Shown here piece by piece: positions 48,896 to 61,640 of a DNA stretch of 64,000 nucleotides. A program made the translations under genes and the position numbers. Positions within the stretch are counted from its first letter, which is position 1; every line of letters begins with the position of its first letter. The notes beneath the pieces are model-generated. The model was not told the origin of the DNA and made no database searches. It saw only the letters and a program-made list of their open reading frames with translations. Source of the DNA: Raillietiella orientalis (Eukaryota); contig JAYWIR010000072.1 of NCBI GenBank assembly GCA_036172245.1, forward strand, positions 310,001 to 374,000, read 5' to 3'.

Positions 48896-51223
48896 TGCGG
48901 ACGTGTTTTTTCCTCGCTTTTTTGCGCCTGCTGTAAAGCGTTCTTTGTCGGTAGTGTTTGCGTGTGGAGCATCTGCGGTGTCCAATGGCAGAAATGCCTG
49001 AGGACACCGCGATGGAAGTCGGCGGGGGAGAGGATTGCTCCTCTCTCCATCCTATTGAGGTAGGGGCAACCGCCCCCACGGAGGAGAGAGCAACCGCTCC
49101 CTTGAAAAAGGGGGCAACTGCCTCTCCGGAAACGAGGGCTACTGCCTTTTTGAAAAAGGGAGCAACCGTCCTCGTGCAAAAGGCCGCAATTTCCCCCTTG
49201 AAAAAGGGGACAACCACCGCCTTGGTAAAGGCCGCAATCGCCCCCGTGAAAAAGGGGACAACCGTCGCCTTGGAAAAAAGCGCAAACGCCTTCTTGGATC
49301 CACGTGCTCCATGCACGAAGACCTGGAGCTCCGTGGCTGCAGCGCCATCTCCTGCTGCCTTAGCGGAACAACGGGCTTACCTGGAACAAGGATACAAGCC
49401 GTCCTTGATTTACAAGGTAGGAAACCTGTTTATAGGGAACACCGCTCGTAACTCTGGAAGGGAGTTTCAGCGGCTGGATGTCAAAGAGGAAGACCTAGAA
49501 GGTCTCTCCGTGATGAGTGGGGGCCAGCGGTTGGAGCTGACTTGCAAAAATGCAAGTCTGGCTCAACGCCTGCTCAACACTCCCATTACTCTGGAAGTCC
49601 GAAAGGTCTTCCCTGTAACAGAGGATTGCTCTATTGTTGCCCATCTTACGGGTGTAACTCCTCGCATGACCAAAGCTGGCGTGCAAGAAGACTTGCAAAA
49701 ACATGGAACGGTGCACGCGCTCTGGAATATGCCCAACGTCTTCCAAACATACGGAAGACTGTTTAGTGGCATGGCTGCAGCGCGTGTGACGGTCCACGAA
49801 AACGGTGGGCTACCCCACAAACTAGACGTCGGCAACGAGACCGTCGAGGTCTGGTACGTGGGCAAGCCCAAGTACTGTGGGCACTGTGATGCAACAGGGC
49901 ACCTGAAAAAACGGTGACCTCACATCCAGTGTTTCCACTGCGGGGAGAAGGGCCACCTCCGGAAAGTGTGCCCAAAGCGGGAACCTCCAGCGCCTTCTGC
50001 CTTGAAAAAAGGTAGGGGGAAACGCTTGGAGAAAGCACGAAAGTCCAATGAGCCAACAGAGCGGCAAAGCCAAAAGCTTGTGCCCGAACCCTCCCAGGAT
50101 ACGCCGGTCGAGAAAACTTCCGACGACGCTGATGAGAACGAGGGCTGGCGGACGGCGAAGCTCAAAAGTAAAAAACCCAGGAAAACCAAAGAACCGACAG
50201 CGGAACCCGCGACATCTCAATTAAATAGGAGACAACGCCGCGCTTTGCTCCGCGAATGTTCGGTCACTTTGGAGCGAGTGGAGATCCCCGAGACCTCCAC
50301 CGGGGGAGATATCACCCGCCTCGTTCACGCCGAAGCCGCGATCGAAAAAGGCGAACCCTCTGTGCAAACAGAGGGGGAGCCGAGCGACGCGCTCGCCGCA
50401 ATCGATGACGCCGCCTTCCAGCAGGCGGCGGAAGAGCTCGCGGCCGAACTCGCGGAGCGTGAGAACGGCGCGCGAAAGGCCTTGCGAAGGCCGGCCGCGA
50501 GCAAGGCACCTCGGACAGGTGACCATGAACCGGATGCCGGAAGTGCGTCCTCCTCCGCGGAGGCGCCTCCGAAGAAGACTGGACGGAAGTCCAAGAATCC
50601 CAAGAGGCGCATCCCGACAAAGAAGGAGGGGGACGCACCGGCATCCGAGGGGGAAGCCGGCAGCGTGGGAACGGAGGGAGGGATTTTCCCACCCTCCGCT
50701 ACCGAGCAACTGGAGACCCCCATGGAGGAGGAGTATAAGGTGAGTGATTGCCGCCCCCTCCCAACGGTGGAACCTGTCCAGGAAATAGCCATAGAGGAGG
50801 GGGAGCAGACAGCTGACAACCGCTCCCTACTGCCGTCCAACGCAGCCGACGAATCTGTCCCCATGGAAAAGGGGGAGCAGGTGCGTGAAACCCGCCCCCT
50901 TCAACCGTTGCGGTCCGCCGAGGAATCGGCCCCCATGGAGGAGGGAGAACCGGTGCGCGGTGATCCCGTTCCTCCATCCGTCCCGCCCGACCAGGTGGCG
51001 GGAGCCCCATTGCCACTTTCCCAGGAGTAACACCTGGGCTCGCCTGTCGCCGTCGATTACGCGTGGCCTGCTGGAACGTCAACGGGCTGCGCGACGACGG
51101 CAACAGACGGGACACGGCCGCCACCCTGCGTGACTTCGACCTGGCACTCCTGCAGGAGATCCACGTGATCACCGCGGAGAACGCCCAGGATATCGAAAGG
51201 ATCGCAGGGGGACGGTTGATTGT
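48896..51223 (+). mobile_element. 5' end, ORF1 (one stop) and APE start (subfamily B)
   Basis: ORFs 48958-49917 and 49966-51030 are in the same frame; WNVNGL..LLQE..GGRL. Confidence 0.93.
49070..49290 (+). repeat. 33-bp coding tandem repeat (xLKKGATA-like) in ORF1; also at 32340-32530 and about 3890-4040 (-)
   Basis: Repeated ccccttgaaaaagggggcaaccgcc core. Confidence 0.8.
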
Positions 51224-54200
51224 CACCCGGGTGCGCCGGGGCGTTTATTATAAACTATCCGGGAACAGGGTTCCCGGACAAAGGGGAAAACAAGAGACGA
51301 AGGGGGTTGGATCCCCGACACGCAGGTCGGTGTGCCGAAAGTCCGGAACGGGAGGGAAGGGACCACAAACAAACTACTATATAAAAAAATAAAAGAAAAA
51401 TATGGAGGGCAGGGGACAGGGGTCTTTGGTAAATCCGTTCCTTCCTTTCAAAACCGGCGATGGATGCCGGCGATCTCTCTCCTTACGCCCTGTGGCAGAT
51501 GGGCCCACTCGGCAGCCGAAGACATGTTTGCGCTGGCTAATCCGGTGGGCCGACGAAGGATGGCGGCCAGCTTCTCCAACTCTCGGTGAGCCTTGTCGAT
51601 GGCGCGGGTGCAACACACGGTTGCAACGACAGCACCCAATGACAGGCCGCCTGGCGTGAAGAAGCAACGCATCAACTCCCTCGCGGTGTCCCCCTGGTGC
51701 AGGAGAGCTGAGGCCAGCCTCCGCCAGAGTCCTAGAAGGGCACCGCAGTCCAGGAGCAGGTGCGGGAGCGTTTCCACTTCCCCGCACCGCTTACAGTTTG
51801 GGGTAACGACTCCCCCGGAAACAAGGTTCGTGCGCTGGTTGGAGTGAAAACCCCAATGCACGAGCATAATCACGTCCTGCTTCCACGAAAGGGGGAACAC
51901 AGAAGTGTTCAGACACGAGGGAGGAACCACAAGTTCTTCAGGATACACACTCAAGTGTTCGCTCCACCGAAGGAGTCCCTTCGGAACGTGGCGAGGTGTG
52001 GCGGCGTCCGCCAGCTCGCAAGTCTTCCAGCCGCCAATAGGTCGCGTTGTTCCTGCGATGGTGCAGGCGACCTCCCATCTCGCCGCTTCGCAACTGTCAT
52101 CTCTTGCCCTGAGGGCTGACAGCGCGTCTTCGAGGGGGGTGACGGCCAGGCGGGTGCACTTCTCCTGGCTGTTGCACACCTCATCCACCGTGCAGTACGG
52201 GAAGAGGTGAGCGCAACGGAGTTCCAGGAGGGAAACATCCTGGTGCTTTGCCCAGCCATGAAACGGTTCCTGCCGCCAGGCTTCAAAGTTCGTTGGGCGG
52301 CAGGAGATCCATTCCTGGGCTTCCAGGAGCCGATACAGCGGTTTCAAGGGGAAACCGAAGCTTCTCGTGGCGCGCTCCGTGTGCGGCCGCAGCGACAGAA
52401 GTCCATCGCTGCCTGTGCAGCGCCGCAGAGGCAGGCGCGCGGGAGCGCACCACGGAGTGGACCAAAGGTTGGCGCACAGGGCCAACATCCGAAGCTGCAC
52501 CTGCAGCTCGATTCTCTCGAGCGTCAGGATGCCTAAGCCAGCATCCCGACGCGGAGCCGCCAAGTCTTTGAGGCGGATCCTGGACCTCGCAGGTCCCCAC
52601 AGAGCGTTCCTCAACAGGATGTGCGCCTGGAGCTTGGCCGAGTAGGGGGGCGGGCAAACAAAAAGCAGGGGGCGCAAGAGAGGGGCAACGAAGGCGTTCC
52701 ATATCGTTGCCCGCTCCGGCAGGACGAACCTGCCATGGTGGAACGGGCTCAGGGCATTCGAAGCCTTCCGAAGGCAGTCCGACCACACTTCCACTGGGCT
52801 GATGTTCCCCAGCGGAACGCCCAGATATTGCACGGAGGAAGCGGTCGGGATCCCCAGGCGGATCCAGTCGGACTGCCCCTCATACGCCGCACCAATAGGT
52901 ACGACCACGCTCTTGCTCCGATTTACGCTCATGCCCGCTCCCCGGCGAATCAGCTCGAGGAAATCCTCGAGACTGGATGCCGGGGTGGTCATGGGTGAGA
53001 GGAGGAGCAGGTCGTCAGCATAGGCCGCCACGGACGGCGTTCCTGGACAAGAGCTCGGCAGGTTGGCCAGCGTCAGCCTGTACGCCCTCAGCACCAACTC
53101 AAAGAAGATGCTGAAGAGCAACGGGCTTAAGCTGTCGCCCTGCCTGATGCTTCGCCGCACCGGCACGCCGTACACGTGGCAGCCGCTAAAAGAGATGGAA
53201 ATGAGCGCGTGGCGCCAGCAAGCGCGCAAATACGCCACGAGGTGCACCGGGAGACCGAGGCGTTCCAGGAGCTCCAGCAGGAGATCCTGATTTACGCAAT
53301 CGAACGTCTTGCGGAGATCGACCGCGACCGCCAAGGCACCCGGCGCTTCCCCAGGCCGAATGCAGCGACGCCTATCCTCGGCAGCCGCAGACGCGCTTGC
53401 CTGGCTGTCGTGCGCCACGCAGCGTTGCAGCTCGAGCCACGTGCGCGCGAAGAACAGGTTCGCCTCCATGGACCGCCCGGGAACAGCGTAACACTGCTCC
53501 GGACTTACCACAGATCCAGCGATGCTGCCCAGGCGCGCGACCCACAGCCTGGAGAACAACTTGACGTCCGCATTCACCAAGGTGATGGGACGCCAGTTGC
53601 TTAAATGGCGCATGTCTCCGCCTTTCGGCAACAGACGCACCCTTGCTGAGCGAAACGAGGCCGGGACATTGCCCGTCTCTCGCATCAGCGCAGAAAGCCT
53701 CAGCACCAGGGGGATGAGTTCCGCCGCGAAGCACTGGAAGAACTCCGCAGGCAGACCATCCTCACCTGGCGCCTTGCGCTTCTTGAGGCCCGCTATGGCG
53801 GAAGACACTTCTTCCGCCGTGAAAGGGAAGTCAAGAGTGGCGCGTTACTCCTCGTCGACCGCCGGGGAATCCGCCGGCATAAGCAGCTCCGAGAGACTGC
53901 GTTCCGTCGGCTCCCTAGCGTACAACAAGGAGTAATAGCGCTTTAGGAGGCGGCGAACTTCGGCCGCGCCGGAGCACTCCAGTCCCTGGTGGTCAAGCAG
54001 ACAAGCTGCTCCTGACTGCCAGACCTGGCGCTCGGCCTTGGCCTTGTACTCCGCAAGGTACCCGACGTCCGGGCATCGGAAGAATTGGCGGGCCTGCAGA
54101 AACTCTCTGCTGTTGGCCACGCCTTCCCCGAAGCCACGGGGAAGCAGGCGCAAGGGGAACCGGCTGCAGAACTCGCGGACCGATCTTTTCAGATCGTCTC

Positions 54201-56384
54201 AGTCCACGAGCTTTCGAACGGCAAAGGTCCGGAGATGCTGGCGGAGGTACTCCGCAGCCACCGGATTTCTCAACCAGTCGGCCGACAACCTCCAGACGTG
54301 CGTCGGAGGGCCCTTGCCAGGCAGGAGTAGCTCAAACTCCAGCCTGTAGTGGTCGGAAAGCTCGGACGGCACGGGACCTCTGCGGCCCACCCGGCAATGC
54401 AGGTGATCGTCGAGGAACACATGGTCCGGCAAAGCACGCATTCCGGGATCGTCGGCCAGCAAATTCGAGGCGTGCACCGACGCGCACACCTCGTTCACCA
54501 GCCGTTTCTCCCGGCGACGGTGAGACTCCTCCGATTGCGCGTGGACGTTGAAGTCCCCGGCTACGAGGTCAGCCACGTCGGGGCCGGAGTTGCTGAGCCA
54601 GCGGTCGCGCAGTCTCTCGAAAAACTCCAGTTTCTCGGTGTGACGCGCGGAGCCGCTCGGCGCGTACACGTTCGTGACGACAAGGTTGATCGATTCGGAC
54701 CACTTGAGAACAAGTTGGCCCACACGACCTTCCTGGTCGAAACAAACGCTCCGCACCGCTCCCGCCACCCTACCCCGGACAAGGAATGCGACTCCGCAGG
54801 TATTCTGGGAGCCTGACCTCCAATGGGGCGTCCCGCCTGCGCGAACTTGCAGATTTGCCGCTTGCTGCTCGGAGAGTGCGTGAATCTCCTGCAGCAGGGC
54901 CAGATCGAAGTCGCGCAAGACGTTGGCAACCAATCGCCTCTTCTCGTTGTCCTGCAGCCCCTTGACGTTCCAACAGGCCACTCGGACGCGACGGGAAGAA
55001 GCGAGACCGCGCATTGCTGCTACGGACATGGAGGTGCGTTCCTCGCCCCGTCCGGCGAGGCATCAGCCGGGAGCACGGCGGATGAGGTAGCGCCAGCGCT
55101 TCCTGTCCCCGCCGCGCCGCTGGCGGCCGGCTCGGTGGAGTCGAGGACCATTGCCTCGGGCTCCGAGGAGAATCGGGAACCATTCCCGGCATCAGGCTCT
55201 TGCCTGGCAAGTTTTGGCTTGCGCGCAGCCCTGGCCTTGACCGGGGCTTGGCGAGCCTTAGCGCTGCCCTCGGACTCCACCTCGGAGTCCGAATTGCGCG
55301 CGCGGCGGCGGGCGTTTCGCCTGCCTCTTTGTTTGCTGGCAGCCCGGAGCTGGTCCAGCACTCTTAGAGGGTGCCTTCGTCGCCGATCCCCCTTTCGGGG
55401 TCACGGCTTCGGCAGCTCCCCTGTCGCCGCGGGTGTTTGCGGCGGCGCGCGCGGCGGCAGCAGAGGCTTTTCCTTGCGCTTTTCCGGGCGCGCGGGGTTG
55501 CCTCTTCACCCCGCCTACCTTTTGGATCGGGAAGTGGGAAGGATCGCGCGGTTTGCGCTCCTTCTTTCCCCCGACGAAGGTCCAGCCATCCTCGCCGCCT
55601 ACCTGTTTGCCCCGGTTGGGCGCGAGGGCTTCCAGGGTCCTTCGCATCCTTTCGAAGGCCTCGGATACGGCGATGGAGGCCAGTGTCTCCTTCGCCACGT
55701 CTGCCTTCTGCACCTCCTTACCGGGAGGTGCGGGCACAGTGGCGGGATTCTCGGGTGTCGCACGAGGCTTTTCAGCCTTTGCTGGCGTTCAGCCCGCCGT
55801 GGCCGGCTTGCCTGTCGCGGGCAAAGGGGCGCGCGACCCCTTTTTCGACGCTCCGGTGGTCTTTTCGGGCGTGCCACCGCTATTTCGCTCCGGAGCGAGA
55901 GCGGACGGAAGCGGCGGTGGTTTTGCAGCCTGCCCGATGTTATCGGCGGGCTGGGTCGCTCGGGGCTTCACTGAAGCAGCCTGGAGAAGCTTCTTGTCCT
56001 TTCGCGCGTGTTTTTTTGGAGCATTGCTCCGAGAATCGCCAGCGCAAGCGGACTTTTCACTTCTCCGATGAGAATGCTCGTTCGCGCCTGATTTCTTCCC
56101 CGACGACGGGGCGGATGGAGTCGGCGCGGAAGGCGATGTTGCGGGGGGGTTTCTCGCCCTCCTCTTTCGTTTCAGCTCGGCGCACTCGTTAATCGAGTGG
56201 CCGAGCAGCTTACAGTATAGGCAACTGCGTGTTGGCACTTCCGCGGACGGTGGCCCTCCTTCCCGCAGTTGCCGCAAGCGGGGGTTTGCCCGGCAAACCG
56301 GAGATAGACGACGACGTCACCGAGGAGGATCTGCGAAGGCATGAGCCTCCGGTCGTCCATGTTGACGCGCGCCGTCGCAATTCA
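51224..56384 (-). mobile_element. Most complete Tx1-like element (subfamily G): ORF1 C-half, whole ORF2 and 3' end
   Basis: CGNCGKEGH and CLYCKLLGH knuckles; ORF2 55029-51448; terminal hairpin at 51224-51249. Confidence 0.94.
51448..55029 (-). pseudogene. ORF2 (APE-RT-zinc finger), about 1190 codons with two in-frame stops
   Basis: ORFs 54199-55029, 53845-54153 and 51448-53808 share one frame; YADD and CKRCGEVETLPHLLLDC. Confidence 0.92.
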
Positions 56385-59322
56385 CACCCGGATGTGCCGG
56401 GGCATTTATTTCTTGGAAATAAAAATACATGAAATATCGCGTGGTGAACTCGAAGGTTCACCACTCCAAAACAGCCTGCTGGTTACCGGCTCCATGCCGG
56501 AGAGGTCCTTCCGATGCGCGGGGATGGGAAATAAAGAAAAACAAAAAGAAACAAAAAGTTCAAATGTGGGGAGGGAACAGATGTTGTAGGGGTGGGAGGG
56601 CCGGGAAGGGATCACGGTGCGCGTGGAAAGGTCCTCTAGATCCTATTCAGGATCCGCACAAGCTGAGTCCTTTCAGCGCCAAAGTGGCGCCACTTGCAGA
56701 CACTGCGCGCGAGAAGGCGAGTCCAGTGTAAGGCGTTGCCGGTTGGCTGACGCCTTCTTCTGGTGGCGTTCCAAGCCGCCACTATTTCTCTGATGCAGCA
56801 GAGGATTGCTACACTAGCGGGCGGGGACAAGGCGTCACTACAGAAGAACCTGAAAACCTCCTTTGGGCCGCATCCGCGCAAGTCCAGGATCACCGCGAGA
56901 CGATCCCACAAAGGGCGGAGGGCGCTACACTCAAGGAGAAGGTGGGGGAATGTTTCTTTTACCCCACACCGGTCACAATTGGGATCCACAGCCCCCCAAG
57001 TGGTGTGGTGCAGGCGTGTTTTAAATGGTAATACCCAGAGTACCACAAGCAACGCCACATCCTGCCATTTCAAGGGGAGGAATGCACTGTTCCAGGACGC
57101 TGGGGGCCACTTCATCTCCTCCGGAGATAGTCCGAGTAGCTCACCCCAGCGTCGAATTCCGTTCGGAGAGACACTCGGCGTCGCAGCGTCAGCTAGTTGC
57201 CAAGAAGTCCACGCCTTTATCGATTGTGTCCTGCCGCCCATAGTGCAGCACACGGTCCATTTCCCCTGCTCGCTACTGTCACTAGCATGCACAAGGAAGG
57301 GCAGCACTGGGGCGAGGGGGGTTATCAACGCCCACAGAGGCTTGTCGTGGGACTGCACGATCTCCTGCAGCGTCCAGCGGGCGTGCCTTTTCATACAAGT
57401 GTTCCTTGTGCCCGCCGGAACGTGGATCTTTTCCCAGGTGGAGACTGACTCGTGCAACCAGGCGGAGTAGTTCCCTGGGAGGCAGAAGATCCAGGCGTTC
57501 TCCCGAACCGCAACGAAGATGCGTCGCAGCATAGAGCCACAGTATGGTCTTCTGCAGACGCGCGCAGACAGAAACAACAAAAGTCCGGCGATTCCGCAGG
57601 CTCGTTGGGCCAGGAGACGTGCTGGAACGCACCAAGGCGTGTCCCACAATTCCGCCGAAAGGGCGAGAGTCCTGAATCCAAGTTGTAGTTCCATGCGCTC
57701 CAGCGTAAGTACGCCAAGTCCACCGTCCTTACGTGAAGCGCACAAGTCTTTGAGCCTCACAAGGGACCTCCCTTTGCCCCAAAGGACTGTCCTCAGGAGG
57801 CCCGCTGCTCGTTTCCGAATAAAATAAGGGGCGGGGCAAAGAAAAAGTAGGGGGCGAAGGAGGGGAGCCGCAAACGCGTTCCACACCGCGGCCCGTTCCT
57901 GCAAGTAAAACTTGCCTTCTTGGAACGGACCGATCGCCAACGCTGCCTTTTGGAGACGGTCGGACCAGGCTTCTGCTGCGCAGAAGTCCCCCAACGGTAC
58001 GCCGAGGTACTTGAAGCACCTGCCCGTGGGGATCTTCAAGCGGAACCAGTCCGACCGTCCAGCTCACGCCGAACCGACGAAGACCATGGACGACTTCGCC
58101 CTGTTCACCTCCAGGCCCGTCCCGCGGCGCAGCAACTCGAAGAAGTCCTCGAGTGCACTCGCCGGGGTGGACCCGGGAAGCAGCAGCAGAAGATCGTCTG
58201 CATAGGCGGACACGGCAGGCTTGCCGGGACACGAGCTCGGCAGGGCTGCCAGAGTTACCCTGTATGCCCTCAGCACCAACTCAAAGTAGATGCTGAAGAG
58301 CAAGGGGCTAAGGCTGTCACCCTGCCGGATGCCGCGGCGTACGGGCACGCCGTACACGTGCCGGCCGCTGAAACCAATATTGATTGACGCGTTGCGCCAG
58401 CAGGAGCGCAGGTAAGATTGAAGCACGGCAAGGAAACCCATGCGTTCCAGGAGCTCCAGAAGGAGATCCTGTTCGACGCATTCGAATGCTTTGTGCAAAT
58501 CGACCGCGACGGCAAAGGCTCCCGCCGACTCCATCCCACCCTCTGCCCGATCTTCTTGGTCAGAGGGGGGCGCGAGGCTCGCTTGACCGTCCTGTGCAAC
58601 GCGTTGTCGCGACTGCCACCATGAGCTGGCAAGGAGCAGGTTGGCCTCCATGGTTCGTACGGGAACAGCATAGGTCTGCTCGGGACTCACCACGGAAGCG
58701 GCCACCCGCCCCAAACCCTCAGCTCACAACTTGGCATACAACTTTGCGTCCGCATTCACTACTGTGATGGGACCCGAGTTGCCAATGTTGCGTAAGTCTC
58801 CTGACTTCGGCAGGAGACGTACTTTAGCTGACCGGAACGAGGCGGGAACTTCGCCGTGTTCGCGGATCAGCGCACTTAACCTAAGCACCAGGGGGGCCAG
58901 CTCTGGCGCAAAGCGATGGTAAAACTCCGCGGGCAGGCCGTCCTCCCCTGGTGCCTTCCTTCTCTTGAGCCTGTTGATGGTGGAGATCATCTCCGCCATC
59001 GTGAACGGTTCCGCCAATCTGGAACGGTCCTCCTCCTTTTGCGCGGGAGCACCAACCGGCAGCAGGCGCTGCGCGAAATTGCGCTCAGGTGTTAGTGGCG
59101 CGTACAAGGAGGAATAAAACTCCCTCACGATGCAGCTTACCTGGGCTGGGCTGGAGCGTTCTTGGCCCTGATGATCCAGCAGGCAGGCCGAGCCTGACTG
59201 CCAGGCCTGCCTCTCCGCCTCAGCCTTGAATTCAGCCAGGCGACGGACGTCGGGACGCCGGGAATAACGGCGCGCCTGGAGGTACGCCCGCTCGTTCCTG
59301 ACACCCTCGCCGAATCCCTTGG
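56385..59322 (-). mobile_element. ORF2 from AKGFG to 3' end (subfamily F)
   Basis: ORFs 58724-59401, 58064-58714 (AYADD) and 56636-58039; hairpin at 56385-56410. Confidence 0.93.
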
Positions 59323-61640
59323 CGAGTGGACGTGTGTTTCCTTCGCTCCCGAGTGAGTCGACAGGAAGCGGTTTTTTGTTGTGTTGTTTAATGTGAAACA
59401 TCGTTGGTTTCCGATGGCAGCGATGCCTGAGGACACCACGATGGAGGTAGGTGCAGGGGAGACTTGCCCACCCCCACAGCCTACAGAATCAGAGGCGTGC
59501 GCCCCGGAATCGCACTCGCCGCTCAAGGCGAGGAGCTGGAGCGCCAAGGTGGCCGCGCCGAGCGCGGAAACCATGGCCGAGATGGCGGCCTACCGGGCAG
59601 CTGAATACAAGCCCAGCTTGGTTTACCAGGTAGGCAATCTCTTTCACGGGCGAACTGCACGCGCTTTCTCGAAAGCGCTGCAGAACGCCAACGTGTTGGA
59701 AAAGGACCTTGACGGTCTATCCGTGCTCAGCGGGGGTCAGCGCGTCGAGGTTGTCTGCAAGGACATCACCTTGGCGCAAAGCTTGATTACCACTTCACTG
59801 AACGTGGACGGTTGCAAGATCCTACCAGTCACGATGGACCGCTCCGTAGTGGTATATCTGACAGGGATCGCCAGCCGCATGACGCGTTCTGCGGTTGGTG
59901 ATCAGTTAAGAAAGTATGGGGATGTTCACGCGCTATGGCGACGGCCACAATCTTCGATGGCCACGATAGCCTTTTAGGAGGGCAGGCCGCCGCGCGCGTG
60001 ACGGTGAAGGAGAGTGGGCTTCGCCACAAACTAGAGGTCAATGGCGAAGTCGTAGACCTCTGGTACGTGGGGAAACCCCGCTTTTGTGGCTACTGCAATG
60101 CAGTAGGACACTTGCGCAAGCTATGCCCGAACATTGTGTGCCACTTATGCGGAAAGAAGGGCCACGTACGCCGCGTATGCCCTAAACGCCCCACTCCGGT
60201 GCCGCCTGCTGCAAAGAAAGCACAGGCAAAACGCGGTAAACTGGTCAAAAGACCAAAAAGAGATACTGGCCGGCAGCAGCCGCTAGCCCCTTCTCCTCCC
60301 CCACAGGCGTCGGAAGAAAAACCCTCCGAAGACGCGGGAGTCCAAGACGGCTGGCAGCTGGTCAAGGCCAGGAAGGAGAAAAAGGTGCCCCCCGCGGAAC
60401 CCGCGAAAGCGGTAAAAAAGACAGCCGGCAAGGCGAAAAAACCTTGGCCGCGCTCTAAGACCATGCGGGAGTGTACGGTAGCACTGGAGCGCATAGCCGT
60501 TCCCGAGATTGCCACCCGGGGCGACGAGCCTTCCCTCGCCGTTTCCCCCGCGCTTGAGGTTCGCGACGGCGAACCCTCTGTTTACACAGAGGGTGAGCCG
60601 CGGGAAATAGCGACGGTCGAAGCCGAGGACGCCGCGTTCACTCAGGTGGCGGAGGAACTCGCGGCCACGCTGGCCGAGCGTGGGAAACCCTCGCGCAAGG
60701 CCGTGCAAAGGCCGGCACCCGCGAAAAAGGCCCCCACAGGTGAGTCGGACCTGGGGGCTGGAAGTGCATCCTCCTCCTTGGAGCCACCCCCAGGAAGTCG
60801 GGACGCAAGTCCCAGAAACCCAGGAGGCGCCTCCCCTCCACCAGCGAGGAGGAGAAGCAGGAAGGTAGCGGTGGCGTGGGAATCCCGGAGGGGGAACTCC
60901 CACGCTCGGAAGCCGTCGAGCCGGCCACCCCCATGGAGGAGGGTGAGCAGGGGGGCGAAGTCCTCCCTGCAGTCGCCGAGCCTGAAAAGCCCGCCCCCAT
61001 GGAGGAGGGTCAACAGGTAGGCGCGACCCCACCTGAGGGTGACCCGCTCGACGCGCTGTTACCCATGAAGGCGGGGGACCAGGTGCACGCAGCGCCTGAC
61101 CCTCCTCCTCCACCTAGCGTCTCGCCCCAACAGGTGGCGGACGCCGCATCGCCATCTTCCCAGGAGTAACACCTGGGCTCGCCAGCCGCCGTCGGATTCG
61201 CGCCGCCTCTTGGAACGTCAACGGGCTGCGCGACGACGGTAACAGGCGAGATACGGCCGACACCCTGCGTAAGCTCGACCTGGCCCTGCTAGAGGAGATC
61301 CACGTGATCACCGCGGCAGACGCCCAGGAGATCCAGACGTTCGCGGGGGGTCGGTTGTATTGGCGGTGCGGCCTCCTCAACACCTGCGGGGTCGCGTTCT
61401 TCGTGAAGCCGGCCATCGACGCTGCCGTGAAGAGCGTGCGCTTCGATGACGACGGTCGGGACGGTCAGCTGATTCTCAGCTGGTCCGAGTCGATCGAACT
61501 GATCGTCACGAATGTGTACGCCCCCAGCGGTAAACAGGGAGACAGCGACCGTACCAGGCTGCTGGAATCCCTGAAGCGCGACTGGCTGGCAGACACGAAC
61601 GTGCGGAAGGCTCACCTGATAGCGGGAGATTTCAATCGAG
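59323..61640 (+). mobile_element. 5' end, ORF1 and APE up to GDFN (subfamily C)
   Basis: ORFs 59381-59977 and 59935-61020 (CGYCNAVGH, CHLCGKKGH), 60876-61169; APE to AGDFN. Confidence 0.92.

Noticed and set aside
51010..51030. Canonical -1 slippery heptamer (TTTCCCA) at the ORF1 end
   Set aside because: It is phased in the ORF2 frame rather than the ORF1 frame and is not conserved at 61160
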